NCBI RefSeq assembly: GCF_006345805.1
Contig: NC_042998.1
Coordinates: 120,280,001-120,344,000, forward strand
Length of the DNA stretch: 64,000 bases
Source of the DNA: Octopus sinensis
Taxonomy: Eukaryota
Reading direction: 5' to 3'
In this document: piece after piece, positions 51,826 through 64,000 of the stretch
Position numbering within the stretch: position 1 is the first letter of the stretch
Layout: every line of letters begins with the position of its first letter
Translations under genes and position numbers: made by a program
The notes under the pieces: model-generated
What the model saw: only the letters and a program-made list of their open reading frames with translations
Databases searched by the model: none
Told to the model about the DNA's origin: nothing

Positions 51826-52595
51826 TTAAGGATATCATTTAACCTATGGTATAAAATATCAGTGCATATAAAAACTTTGATCTCTATGTGTATATTCATA
51901 CAAAAACATTCAGTTTTATGCAGAATGTAAATAAAGTAACAGTGGGTTTCCAAGTTTAAAGCATTGTTTCTTCTCTCATAAACTCCCTATAAATAATACT
52001 CAGGAGAAGCCACACCCATTTCTCTATAGGCCATAAATTGTTGACATGCACATTTTGTATGATATTTCAGCTTCAGTTCCTTATTTTTATTCAAGGAAAT
52101 GTGTAAAATGAGATTTCTGCTGGAAATTTGAACTCATTTTCTTTTCTGCTTTACTTCAATTACATATCAACCCAGTGAAATTACTGTTCCTATTTTAGAT
52201 GATACTATTATTGTTGTTGCTGTTCTTGTTATGGAAAGTCTATTTAAACTTGACACATCTACTACATACTTGTCCAGTAATGTTTTTCCCCATCCAATTT
52301 AGTTTGGGTGTGTGATTATGCCATAATTAGGTAAAGTAGGTTTTTTTTTTCTTGAACAACAATTAACTAATGAATTCATATTTTTTTCTAATTTTGTTAG
52401 TTTTTGTTGTTATTATAAACGTTTATAAAGTTTCTTGGACTATTTGATACAAAACTTGTCATAATCTTGATTGTACATTTTTGTTCTTTGTTTATTGGCT
52501 TTTATTTTTGGATCCTGTAGAAAAGCTGATGTTGAAGAAATGAGGATGATGATCACAAGTTTAATTATTACTTATAATTCATTGATTGATTTCAG

Positions 52596-52787
52596 AACAC
52601 AATAACAAATGCTGATAAACTACTAGCTGCTGCTGATGAACTTGCTCAAACTGGTGAATGTGATCCCAAGGAAATATACAGTGAAGCCCAGGAACTTGAA
52701 GAGCGCATGCATGATTTCATCACTGCTCTAGAAAGGAGAAGGGCTATACTTGATATGACTGTCTCATTTTATACACATGTTCATGAG
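52596..52787 (+). CDS. trio: Trio exon 6 (192 nt, phase 0-0)
   Basis: gatttcag|AAC ... GAG|gtaaat. NTITNADKLLAAADELAQTGECDPKEIYSEAQELEERMHDFITALERRRAILDMTVSFYTHVHE contains the near-invariant Trio/Kalirin motif NADKLL..A..LAQTGECDP.EIY. Confidence 0.96.
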
Positions 52788-54469
52788 GTAAATATGATCG
52801 TTTTGCATATTACATATCAATTAGTCAAGTTTCCTCCTCTCTCACACACAAACATTCTCTTTCTATTAAAAACCTTCTCCACTAATTCCTCAGAAAAAAA
52901 TAACAGAAATAACAAAAGAAAAAGGAAACAAAAAATAATCACTACCATTTCTAGTTGTAAAATAATCTTCAAATGTAATTAGAAGAGTTAATGGTAAATG
53001 AGCATTCACATCTTTAACTCATTTGTTACCAATCTACCTGGAATCACCTTTGATTCTATGATACATAACTGCATTCTTATTTAAGCTACATTTTCTTATT
53101 TTTATATAAGAACCTTTTGTTGTATTGCAATCATGCTAGCTTAATAACAAAAAAATTTATTTTACTTAATCTTTCTGACTGATTATTTAAAAAAAGACCC
53201 AAAACAATTGAAGCGCACAGAGTGTGTATTACTTTTATTATAAAAAAGTTGAAGTTATTTTAATTTTCAATTAGTGCCCTTTTTTAGTTCTACATATTCT
53301 GATGCCTGTGTACACAGCTACTCTCACTGTACCCCATCCTCACACCCATGTATTTGGAAATGGAATCACAGTGTTTACTATGTGACTTGTTGCATGTTAA
53401 TATTTTAATCATGTCAACTGTTTTATTATGTTTTTCCTGTTTCCAAGTCAAGTCAAATATTTTCCACTTAATTTTGTGTTGCAGTAAATAAAAATAACAC
53501 AATTTTACTCTGCTTAACTCTTGTTTTCTAAATTTTCTCCTTGTGATAAAATTAATTTTAGAATTTAATAAACTGATCCAAATTCTATAAAGAATGTTGA
53601 GAGAACTAAATGGTAGTAGCACTATAAACACTTTGATCAAGCATCATTATTACCTTTATTCTCTTGTTGAAATTCCATCAAGAATAAAAGAGACCATGTA
53701 CCATTATGTAAATGAGTTATGCCTGGTACAGTGTTATTTACATTTTAATAAGTAGTATTCTGCTGTTATCACACAGCATTTTGCTGTTATCACACAAGTA
53801 AGGTAAGCGAATCTTGATGGCTTTGTTAAATAACAAGACCATTAAGTTTATTGTGTATCTCAAGCTACTGAAAAGGCCCTCATGAGACCTAATATCACAG
53901 TATGACTAAATGCATAAGTCTACGATCATACATTTATTTAGTCATAGCTTATATTGTATTGGTAGACAGACAACAGTAATTCATCTCTGATAAGGTAGCC
54001 ATACTCTTCTAGTTAACTTTCTGAGACTACATAATGCATGTACTTCTCTAATTCCAAACATACCTGAGTAACCAAAGATGAGAATATTCATAACTAGAAA
54101 ATTAATTTTAATTGTGGTAAGGAGGTTTCCAAACATGATGTATGTATTACTGACAATAAATGTATATTTTAAAGGAGTTAAAATTGTATTTATTAGCTGT
54201 TTAACCCAGGTTAAACTAATTGACAATCTTAAAATCATAGTTTTACAGATATAACCACCTAATCATTTTAGGAGTATCCACAACTACATTATCTTAGGCA
54301 TCCTCTTTATGTTTTTTGAAGATGATAGGGTTTGCAATTTAAAGGAGATTTTCATTTGCTTGTTGGTTGAATAATCTCCTAGAAGATTTTGAAAGTATCA
54401 CTAAGTAAACAACTCTTTATTTTGAGAGACTTCAGGTATAAGTGATGAACTGAAGATCTTCAGAGTAAA

Positions 54470-54860
54470 TAATATTAATTTCTAACATTGGTACAGAGCC
54501 ACAAATTGTGGATGAAAGAAAGGGTTCAGCCAATTAAATGAACTCCAGTACATTCATCTTAGAAAACAGATGAAGGGCAAAGTTGACACCAGCAGTATTT
54601 TGAATGATTTTCAACAGATATAATTAAATCATGTTTGATATGCTTTTAAAGAAGATGCTTATTTTTTCATAGACATAAAGCCACAAGTTTGGAAGTGGAT
54701 GTATAGTTAATTAAATAAATCCAGTACTTAACAACAGGTGTTTTTTATTTCGTTGACCCTGGAACGATAAAATTAACTGTAATAAGGTTTGAATTCAGAA
54801 TGTAAAAAGCCATAACTAAATACCTAAATGTATTTATCCAAGTCTTAATGACCCTGCCTC
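54470..54860 (-). mobile_element. Two degenerate SINE family C copies
   Basis: gatgaagggcaaagttgac and gaattcagaatgtaaa motifs. Confidence 0.65.
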
Positions 54861-56357
54861 CCCACTACTTTAGCACTTATTGTATACTGGAATTTTTCTT
54901 CAAATTTTCATCATTATTAGAAGTTACCACACTGCTGTGTAATTTATTCCAATATTTGTGACCTTAACCACTTGTCCTGGATAGAATAGCTTTACATGTG
55001 AGTTCCACGTTGTAAACCAATGAAACCCTCCAACAGTTCTACTTGCTGCCTAAAACAATGTACTGTACCTCTTCATGTATCAATTTACATCTTTCTGGGC
55101 CGGTTGTTAAGCTATCTGTGTAAAGGATACTTAAAACTCTGTTGGTAGAATAAAAGCTTTTTAACCCTTTTGCAACCGTAAGCTGTGGATGGAAACTAAG
55201 AAAATCCTAGAATTTAGGGTGTTGAATTTTAGACAGTTTGCTGTAAAGCTAACTAGTATGCATATTGTAGGTTAATGACTGTACAAGTGATAGGCTAATG
55301 AGTTCAGGCTGTTTCACAGGTTATAGATTAATCTTAATCTGTGATGAATTTCATCTGACTGAAATCAGCAATGAGTTAAATTGCATTTTTTTTTTTTGGT
55401 ATGAACCATTCTGCCAGAGTTGTTCAACTACTCTACTACTGTTTAGATATGGCTATCATATATAACTCTGTTTACTTCAACATTAAACACTAGAAAGACT
55501 AATTGTAGTCTCTCTTGTCAAAACGTTATAATTTTTGTCTGCTCATGGTATGGTACACTAACATAATTCATTTTGTAAAAACTGTTCTCGTTAATCATCT
55601 TAGAACATTGGTGCTTCAAAAACCTTGTTTTCAGTAGTTGGTACTTGGAAAGATATTCATCTGTTGAAAGAAAAATATTTGTTTATTTGCAAATTCTTGA
55701 GGACTTGTATTGGATAAGCATGTAAAATGTTGCCTTTTCATTAGTTTGAAGATGAATGGTATTGTGTCCTTCCACCAGGCTGTATTTTGAGTAAGGTTAT
55801 ACAATTATACAGTGTTTTGCATACCTCAAGTCAGTATACTCGAGGTATGACAATAGATTCCTTTAACTCAACTGTACTGTTAATAAAATAACTGCATGGT
55901 GATTGGTACTGAAATATAAATTGGTCACCTGTCTAGTCCTGGTATACGGCAGTGAGTTCAGTTGTCTTGCAGAAGAATAAAACTGATTTGACAGGCACTG
56001 AAAACCACATGACTAGGTATTGTACTGTCGCTCCAGGTTATTCTTTTGACTATGTTTGAGCAAACAAAGTGACTCTCTTAACCTGGGGGTGTTAGAGCTA
56101 CCATTGAAAACTCCACCTTCATGCATTCTACATCCTTCTCCAAGTTATAGGAGGATTTGAACTTTGCTCTGCAAATTAAATACTTTTGAATTTAGTGGTG
56201 TTTCTGCTTAGAGTAGAGTGCTATTCCTGTTCTATGGTACTTATTTGCAGTTGGCAGGGCTGGCACACTTGAGAGTTGAATGTTTTGGTCATGAATGCAA
56301 CTATGGTGTTGGTGGTGTGATATGAGCTTCTGACTTCTCTGTTAGTGATTTGGAGTG

Positions 56358-56680
56358 AAGGCACATGGCTTAGTGGTTAGGATATTTGGCTCATAATCAT
56401 AAGGTCATGAGTTCAATATCTGGTGGTGTGTTGTGTCCTTGAGCAAAATGCTTTAGTTCACATTGCTTCAGTTCACTCAGCAGACAAAAATGAGTTGTGC
56501 TTGTAATTTAAATGACCAGCCATGTCACATTCTGTGTTATGATGAATCTCCTCTGAGAACTACATTAGGGGTACATGTGTCCGTGGAATGCTCAACCACT
56601 TGCTCATTCATTTCATGAGCAGGCTCTTTGTTGATTGGATTAACTGGAACCCCTCATTGTCATAACTGATGGAATAACAC
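56358..56680 (+). mobile_element. SINE family B variant
   Basis: aaggcacatggcttagtggttagg head and tgtgtccttgagcaa CORE-like domain. Confidence 0.8.
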
Positions 56681-57610
56681 TTTTTTTTTTATAGTGATTT
56701 GGAAATCTCTTGCCAACCCACTGACACATTTTCTTGGCTTCTTACAAATAAATACTGGCTACATTCTTTCGATAGTGTTGGTAGTTAGTCTTGAGAATGT
56801 CATACAGATCTAGAAATAAAACCCAGTGAATCATGTTACCAACATGTCAGTCAGTTAGAGGTGGTGATGTTATAATTAAGTGTATTGACATTTACTTTCC
56901 TTCTCCACCTTAATGAAAGCTGTCTTTTTAAAATGCTCATTATGATTTCATTTACTTCAGATTACTAAAGTCTGTTAAATAATTATGGCTCTACCTTCTT
57001 TCATCACAGAGAAAATAGGTATGAAGTACAAGTCTAAATGTGACCACCTTCTTATCTGATTGGTGTTGTTAACTACAGGTGATCAAATAGCAATTTAACT
57101 TAATTGACTTCAGTTATGTTCATTGTACATGTTATTACACAAAGAAGCTTTTACCTTGCAACCTGGGCCAGTCCTGCTGTAAAATACACAAGGAAATATT
57201 GAGTTTATTGATTCTTCTGTACAACTGCGGTTGGCTGTAATGTTTATGGAAACATGGCTAATAGGTAGCTGTTCTTAAATGTCAATTACCATTGTGGAAA
57301 GTTTGCATCTAAGTATATGGCCCTGAATTTGTGTGTGTGTGCGAGAGAGAGATTATATAGGTAGGGTAAAGTCCAAACTGTATCCTCTTGAAGCACATCT
57401 GCTTATTCCAGTATTGTAGTCCAGTATGTATTAATGTGAAGAATTTCTAATAGGAAGTTTCTTGTTTATCCAACATTTACAAATTTGTGATTCCTAGATT
57501 CCTATTAGCAAATGAAACTTGTGTAATGGTGAATAAGTAATGTCAAAAACTTTTCCATCTTCCTGTTTTGTTTTATATATATATATATATAGATAGCATT
57601 TTTTCAATGG

Positions 57611-57679
57611 CCTGATAACTGAAGAGATGGCGGCGTGGGTTTCTGCTCCGACATCTGAAACTTGGAGTTTTATCATGGC
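57611..57679 (+). ncRNA. Type I hammerhead-ribozyme-like motif (possibly attenuated), within a (TA)n-flanked segment of about 180 bp that may be a Penelope-like relic
   Basis: CTGAAGA core at 57619-57625 and GAAAC at 57657-57661. Three stems pair by inspection (see finding). Penelope origin is inferred. Confidence 0.6.
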
Positions 57680-57775
57680 TACCGAATAACTGTTACATAT
57701 AGTTACAGATAAATCCCTCTATTTACATAATATTGAGGTCTCTTTCATTTTTTTGTTGTCTTACCATTTCTATCA

Positions 57776-57779
<4 letters not shown>

Positions 57780-57836
<57 letters not shown>
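57780..57836. repeat. (TA)n microsatellite
   Basis: Direct reading. Confidence 0.95.
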
Positions 57837-57842
<6 letters not shown>

Positions 57843-58091
57843 ACTGAAATCTTTTAGTATTCCTCAAGACAAATGCTGTGCATAATGTGGAAATGCTCTG
57901 CATTTGTCTTACAGAATATAAGAATAAATGAAACTTGATAATTTTTTGTGTTAAAATTTCTGTGATAATCATGATTTATGATCTTCATTGTTTTAATGTA
58001 TTGTATATGTAATGAAACACACACATACACACGCAGAAAATTTGGGTAAAAAAAGCCCTCCAATTGAGCAATTTATCCATATCTATTTTAG

Positions 58092-58261
58092 TTAACATCT
58101 TGGCTAGAAGAATTGCAACAAGAACTGCAAAGTTCAGAAATAGCTGATACAGTGGAAGGAGCAGAGCACTTAGTAACACAGTTCAATGATCAAAGGGAGA
58201 CAACTATTGAAGCAGCTATTAGTACGGTCAGAGAAGGAGAAAGTTTACTTGAACGGATAAG
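58092..58261 (+). CDS. trio: Trio exon 7 (170 nt, phase 0-2); the gene continues beyond the window
   Basis: ctattttag|TTA ... AG|gtaagc. LTSWLEELQQELQSSEIADTVEGAEHLVTQFNDQRETTIEAAISTVREGESLLERI(R) resembles Trio [28 protein letters not shown]...IKEGEDLIQQLR. Confidence 0.93.
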
Positions 58262-58747
58262 GTAAGCCTTACACTCAAAAATTTGTTTTATGATTTTTAT
58301 TACCTTCATTACAACAAAATAAATACGAAATAGATTTATGGGATTCGGTTGTTAGCTATCAATTATTAATCAATACTGCAAAATTAGTAGGCATGAAACA
58401 GTTTCTTTGTCTCCCCCACCATCTACCTATACAAGCGTAACACTGACGAACCAATCAAAAAGATGTTTGTATTTTATCACACTTCTCTAATTATACTACA
58501 TACAGTGGTGATATAGCGGAAGAATTCTAATGTAATACAAACTAGTAGTCACATGTGTACACACACAAAACTAACAAGCCAATTATATAGTCATTAAATA
58601 TTTTGAAATAGTTTTAAAAGCAGTTACCATTTGATGGAACAGGTGAAGTTACAAGAAATATTTAGAATAAATTTATCTCAATATTTAGTTGATTCATTAA
58701 CAATGCAGACTAGATCACTGGGCTTTGACAGAACATGCATCCACCTT

Positions 58748-58783
<36 letters not shown>

Positions 58784-59454
58784 GAGTTGAAAATGCACAG
58801 GGATTCATTTAGACTTTTAATTTTTAAATATTTAAAGATGTAACCAGTTTCATAGATTTCTCTGGTATTCAAAAGTTAAGATAGAAAGATGTGGAGCTAT
58901 GCTGCAACTGTCTTGCTTTTATATATAAATATATAAAGCAGTATTTAGATGTCCTGGGCAAATATAAAATTTATATAATACTCATATATACATATATATG
59001 TTTTATCCATTTACCTTCAATTATTATTTTTGTCCTAAAATAATGTAAATTATATATATTTTTATACAATTTACTTTTTTTTTTTATTTAAAAATCTAAT
59101 TTTCCTTGTAAATTTGTTTTCTGATTTTTATTAGAAAAAATTCGGTTATTTAGAATTTTAAAAAAATGTCAATTTTATGGAAATTATTTACTGAAACATA
59201 ATGGTTCCCGTTCCTTGTTTCAGTTCACATGTATAGATAAACATGTCTAGAGTTCTTTGTCTTCCACTGTGTAAACATTAATGCATGTTGTTTTTATCAA
59301 TGTGTCTAATTGTTGTCAATCATTGCATGGTTATTTACTGTTTATTTAATCCAGCATGCCAGCTGTTTAACAGTGTATTTTTATTTTGTACAAGACTTTC
59401 GTTTGATATTAGTTCATCTAATTAGGTAAAGCAACATTTAAGGAATACCATTAA

Positions 59455-59678
59455 CTCTTCAAGCATTTAAACTGGCTATACCCAGCCCAAACCTACTTGA
59501 CCTATTTTATGTCCAAGCCAGCCAGATCCATCTTCTTATACCTACACAATGATGTCATTCTAAAGAAAAATTATCACATCATTAAAATTTTTAAGCTGTG
59601 AGATGAAGCATGGATGAATTCAAAACAATGTAACTGAATAAGCATTACATTCAACAAAGTAATCTGAATGTTAAAGGT
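59455..59678. mobile_element. piggyBac-type MITE family 2, degenerate
   Basis: Collinear with 20653-20870; TTAA at both ends. Confidence 0.75.
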
Positions 59679-61934
59679 TTAAAGCAGTTTAGGATGCCAA
59701 TGAAGAAACTCATCTTCAAAGTTTCTTTGAATTTTGGAACCAATGCCGTTAAAGATATGTTTAGTATTTAGCAATTTAAACTCCTATTATGTTTGGTAAA
59801 TTCATAAGTTCTGCTGAGGCCTAAGTTTTAGTTTTAAATCAAAAATCAATCATTTCAACATCCAATGTAGCAATAAGACCCTTGCCAACATCATCAGGAT
59901 TTTTTTTCCATGTTAGAAGAGACATTTTGATAGAACAGCAAAAATAATTTCATTACTTAAATATATTGTCAGTTTATATCATATGGAGTAAAAATGCAAT
60001 TTTTAATCAAGTGTAAAAATGAATATTTAGGGGAAGGAATATTAATTTTAAACTTTATAAGTAGTTTTCTCTTTTTAAAGAAAAATATATATTATTGGAA
60101 TTTAATTGTTGTAATAACTGCATGTTGTCAATATTGTTGCATTTTTTTTTTTAATTTCCTCTTGATTTAAAAAAAATTTACAAAACATAAAAATGAAATA
60201 AATCAAATTGTTTAATTACAACAGTTTAGCTTGTTATTACTGTGTTGCATGCGTTGTTGCTATTATGTTTCCTGTGCTCATATTTCCAACAGACTTCAGC
60301 CGCTTGTTGGGTGCAGCCAGTGCTGTCACTTGCGCCACCAGCGAATTGATGTTTCTTCCACAATGCACAAAGGGTTAGTAGGACTGCACCAAGTACATAC
60401 TGAGATAGTCTTGTACACTATGGGTCAGGCCTGATTCTTCTTTGCCCCCCACTGCTGGTCATCTGAACTTAAGTCTACCTGCATATTCCTTGAGTGAGCC
60501 TCTATTCCAATGCCTATTTCTACCTTCAACTGCCTAAACAGCTCTTCAGTTTCTTTCAAAACAATCTTACGTAGTTCAAAGTTGCTATTTTTTGCTTTCT
60601 TTTACCCCTTTTTCAAACTCTAGAATCACCTCTTTGAATGTCCTCCTCTTAGATACTTCTGGTGAAGGGCCAAATGGTCAGTGCTTGATATCTTTGGTAG
60701 AAATAATTCTTTCAGTTTTTTTTTTTCTTTTAAAGAATTATTTTTATGCATTTCTAGAGATCTATCAAACTCTTTGAAAGGTATTACTGCTTGAAATGGT
60801 TATATATCTTCAGTTAAGCATTTCAAACATTTTTCAAATACACCCAGGAATATTCTTGCATGGTGAACTTTTGTCCTTCTTGCATTATTAATTTTTACTC
60901 CATTTTAACTATTGCTAGTTTTAGCTGGGCTAATCTAGATTTAGCAATTTAAAAATCTGAATGCCTTTTATGCTTCCCATATTAAAGTAATAATACTAAA
61001 ACTGCCCTTGAAATGTTAACCATACATTAAAGACTTTATTGTTTCCGAATGTGAAATATCCCACTGACAGTCAATAAAGCAGATAGTTGCAGTCTGTAGT
61101 TGGTAACTATTAGCGGTGAGTGATATCATGTGTTATCATCTCTCTGGTGATCTTATTGTAAATATATTTATGGTGTTGATTAGAAAAGTCTAATAGAAAA
61201 AACATTGTCTGCTTTATTGGTTCAACACTTGTTTTCTTTCCTTGCTCCTGACTATTCCTGCTTATGCCTAAACACTTCATTCCTTATTGTGCAAACACAC
61301 ATATACAGAAAAACATACTTATATATGATGCACACACACTGTTTACTAGGTACATCTGTTTCCCCATGCTTACTTAGTTTATTTGATGAAACATTCTTAT
61401 TACAGCTTTCAGATGTCTTTCCTACAACTGACCACTCAACCATGAAGTAGGACATAGTCTTTTCATTCAGTCAAGCAACAAGATTTATACACTTTGCACT
61501 GGGGCATTTCAAAGTGATATCTATTGTTATTTAACCCTAGGTTAGTCTTGATCAAGTAGACATGCTGTCTTTAATGATGTTCTAGCCAAGGCCATTCTCT
61601 GTTTTTTTTTCAGATTTAGTGTATCTTGAAATAAATCATCCAGTGTTTGAATTGAAGTGCCATAAGAATTTTCCACCATCAGTTTTCTCTTTCTAGAGTC
61701 AGTCATAGAGTGTGTGTTCAAAAGAAATGAGGTCCACTTGTACTGTTTCTAGACCATTGCCTGTGAGTACACCACATCACTACCAAAAAGTTTAAAGGAC
61801 ATTTGGTTGCTATTTGTAATAGGTGGGCTACATATGGTTTGTCATGGCTCCTTTGTTAACTCAACAATGCAATGATTATAGCAATATCCAAAATTACAAA
61901 CCATCAGAGGCTCAGTAAAGAAACCAATTACAAA

Positions 61935-63169
61935 TGAGAGATGTTCATTAAAGATATCCCCTGATCCACTTCCCAAGGACTGGGATAAACAAAGCTTGGC
62001 ATAATTATTTGTCCTTCTCTACATAGCCACCAACAATGGTGCCACACTTCTCCCATCACTTTATGCAGCTGTGAAGACCTCGTCTGTAGAAATTGGTAGG
62101 TTGGGCCTGGAGCCAAGACATCACCTTAGAAATAAGTTCATCCTCATCCAAAAAGTGCTTCCTCTTCAAAAATGACTTCATGGTTGGAAAGAGGTGGAAG
62201 TCAGATGATGCAAGGTCAGGACGAAGGATTTCATAGCTGCAGGAGTCTGCTTTCATCTGGGCAACATGTGCATTGTGAACTGGGGCGTTGTCTTGGAAGA
62301 GGCAGACTCCTTTGCTCAGCATGCCACTCCTCTCTGCTTTGATGGCATCCCACAATCTCTGCAGCAGAGAAGCATAATATGCCCTGTTAATTGTGGTGTC
62401 CTTTGCCAGAAAATCCATCCTCACTGCTCCATGCTGATCCCAAAAGACAGCATCACCTTGCCTGCTGAGAGTTGGACATGAGCCTTCTTTGGAGTTATGC
62501 TTATATTCAAGTGGACTTTAGTCTTAGGATCATAGTGATGGACCCATGCCAAAAAAGTCCTCATTTTCTTGGCACATTGCCAAAAGAGCCTGGGAGTAAT
62601 TGACGTGTTCCTGCTTCTGAAAAGGTGTGAGCATCTAGGGAATCTATCATTCACACAGCTTCCACATGTGCAAATGGTTGTGAATGATTTTTTTCCACAG
62701 ACCCTACACTTATCTTCGCTTCTTGGGCTAGTTGCAGAATAGTTATGCAGCGATCCTCCAAAGTTGCAGCTTCTACTTTATGGATGGTGTCGTCATAAAT
62801 GGTGGAATGTGGTTGTCCAAGAATAGGAGCAGTTTTCACCTAAGTCCAACCACATTTGAACTGGCAATGTCAGTGCTTGACTACATCGTATGATGGTGCA
62901 TCATCACCAAAAGCTTCTTTCATCTCATCAAAAGTCTCTTTTGGTGTATGCCCTTTCAAGTATAAGAACCTGATCACTGATCTGCATTCAACTTACTCCA
63001 TTGTAACACATTAGTCCACTTCAGTAACCATAAAAGACAAACGAATACTAGTGGAAAGCTGCAATTTACAATGTGACATGTAGAGACAAGTACACTTATA
63101 CCTACACAAGTTCCGTTTCCTGCAATAACTGGAAGTGGATCAGGGGAAATCTTAAATGAACACCCATCA
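61935..63169 (-). mobile_element. Near full-length defective mariner element (about 1.24 kb)
   Basis: TIRs of about 39 bp (TGAGAGATGTTCATTAAAGATATCCCCTGATCCACTTCC vs TGATGGGTGTTCATTTAAGATTTCCCCTGATCCACTTCC); TA at 63170-63171. Fragments WVHHYDPKTK, FQDNAPVH and RPDLASSDFHLF (DD34D-family motifs); frameshifted. Confidence 0.93.
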
Positions 63170-64000
63170 TAAATCTGATCATCTGATGGAGATAGGGAAA
63201 AAGGCACCAACTACAGGATCCACTTTCTATTTTATAGTTGAGTAGTCATCAGTAAGGACATCACTTAGCTGTAAAAGTAATTGTCCCCACAAATAATCTA
63301 TAGAAGCATGAGAAAATAGATATAAATGATATGTATGTGTGAATGCTTTATATATATATTTATAACACCTACCCTGAATTGAAAACCTATTTGCTAGTTT
63401 TTATTTGTCTATTTTATTTAGTTTAAAGCAACTTTATAAATCTTTTTTCAAAACAATTTATAGAGAAAATTGATGTTGATCAATTTTCGAAATGAACTTT
63501 TATATTTGTCTCATAGTGGTCTAATTGAGAATGACTAAAGTTATAATGTGGAATAGTTCTGAGGCTTTATTTGTAATCTTTCCTTGAAACAAAGCTTTAT
63601 ATATTTATCTTTGTATTTTAAACAATTTTCTAATTAACTTTCTGTCTGTATTGCTTGCTAGTAGTTAATTGCTTGTGTGTAAAATGAAACTTTCTAACAA
63701 TATTGAAAATAATTCTACTTATTTACAAGTTGAATATAGGGTTGAACTATTATTGATCTATATTAACACCTTTTATTTTTAATATTGCTATGCTTTTTAT
63801 ATTATTATTATTATTTTATTTATATTAAATGCTTGTATTTATTTTGGCAATATAACAACATATCTTCACCTCTTAAACATGTTTTGGTGTAATGCATGAG
63901 TCTTGTTTTAGTTCAACTAAAAACCTTTTTAACAACCAGCAGTGGTAAGCATGATAAGAATGAAGTACCTTATTATTTTTTCTATAAATTGTTTAACTTT

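Noticed and set aside
8879-58261. Calling the gene spectrin, dystrophin or SESTD1
   Set aside because: Motifs such as NINRI, LAQTGECDP.EIY and LDWLDNHG match Trio/Kalirin specifically. The GEF domains lie outside the window, so the call rests on these repeats.

Overview
AT-rich, repeat-dense eukaryotic genomic DNA. The SINE, RTE and MITE families and the microsatellite content look like Octopus or another coleoid cephalopod; this is pattern recognition, not a database result. The only host gene I can support is a Trio/Kalirin-family RhoGEF on the + strand. Seven GT-AG exons (8879-9070, 10632-10763, 11359-11487, 14331-14432, 14912-15034, 52596-52787, 58092-58261; 1040 nt) splice into one uninterrupted reading frame encoding N-terminal spectrin repeats. 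The gene starts upstream of the window and continues downstream. A 37,561-nt intron (15035-52595) fills most of the window. It contains tRNA-derived SINEs, RTE-tailed repeats, a piggyBac deletion derivative, TTAA MITEs, a composite Helitron relic and microsatellites. Mariner relics lie at about 12.3-13.0 kb and at 61935-63169. Most interesting unexplained structures: (1) a type I hammerhead-ribozyme-like fold on the pre-mRNA sense strand at 57611-57679; (2) a 27-nt microexon-like cassette (43886-43912) with an in-frame stop followed by an ATG in frame with the next exon, in the intron that appears equivalent to the one holding the vertebrate delta-Kalirin promoter; (3) a roughly 219-bp near-perfect inverted duplication around nested SINEs (30127-31367); (4) orientation-blocked SINE arrays that would form extensive dsRNA. 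Repeat boundaries are approximate. No alignments, folding or searches were run.
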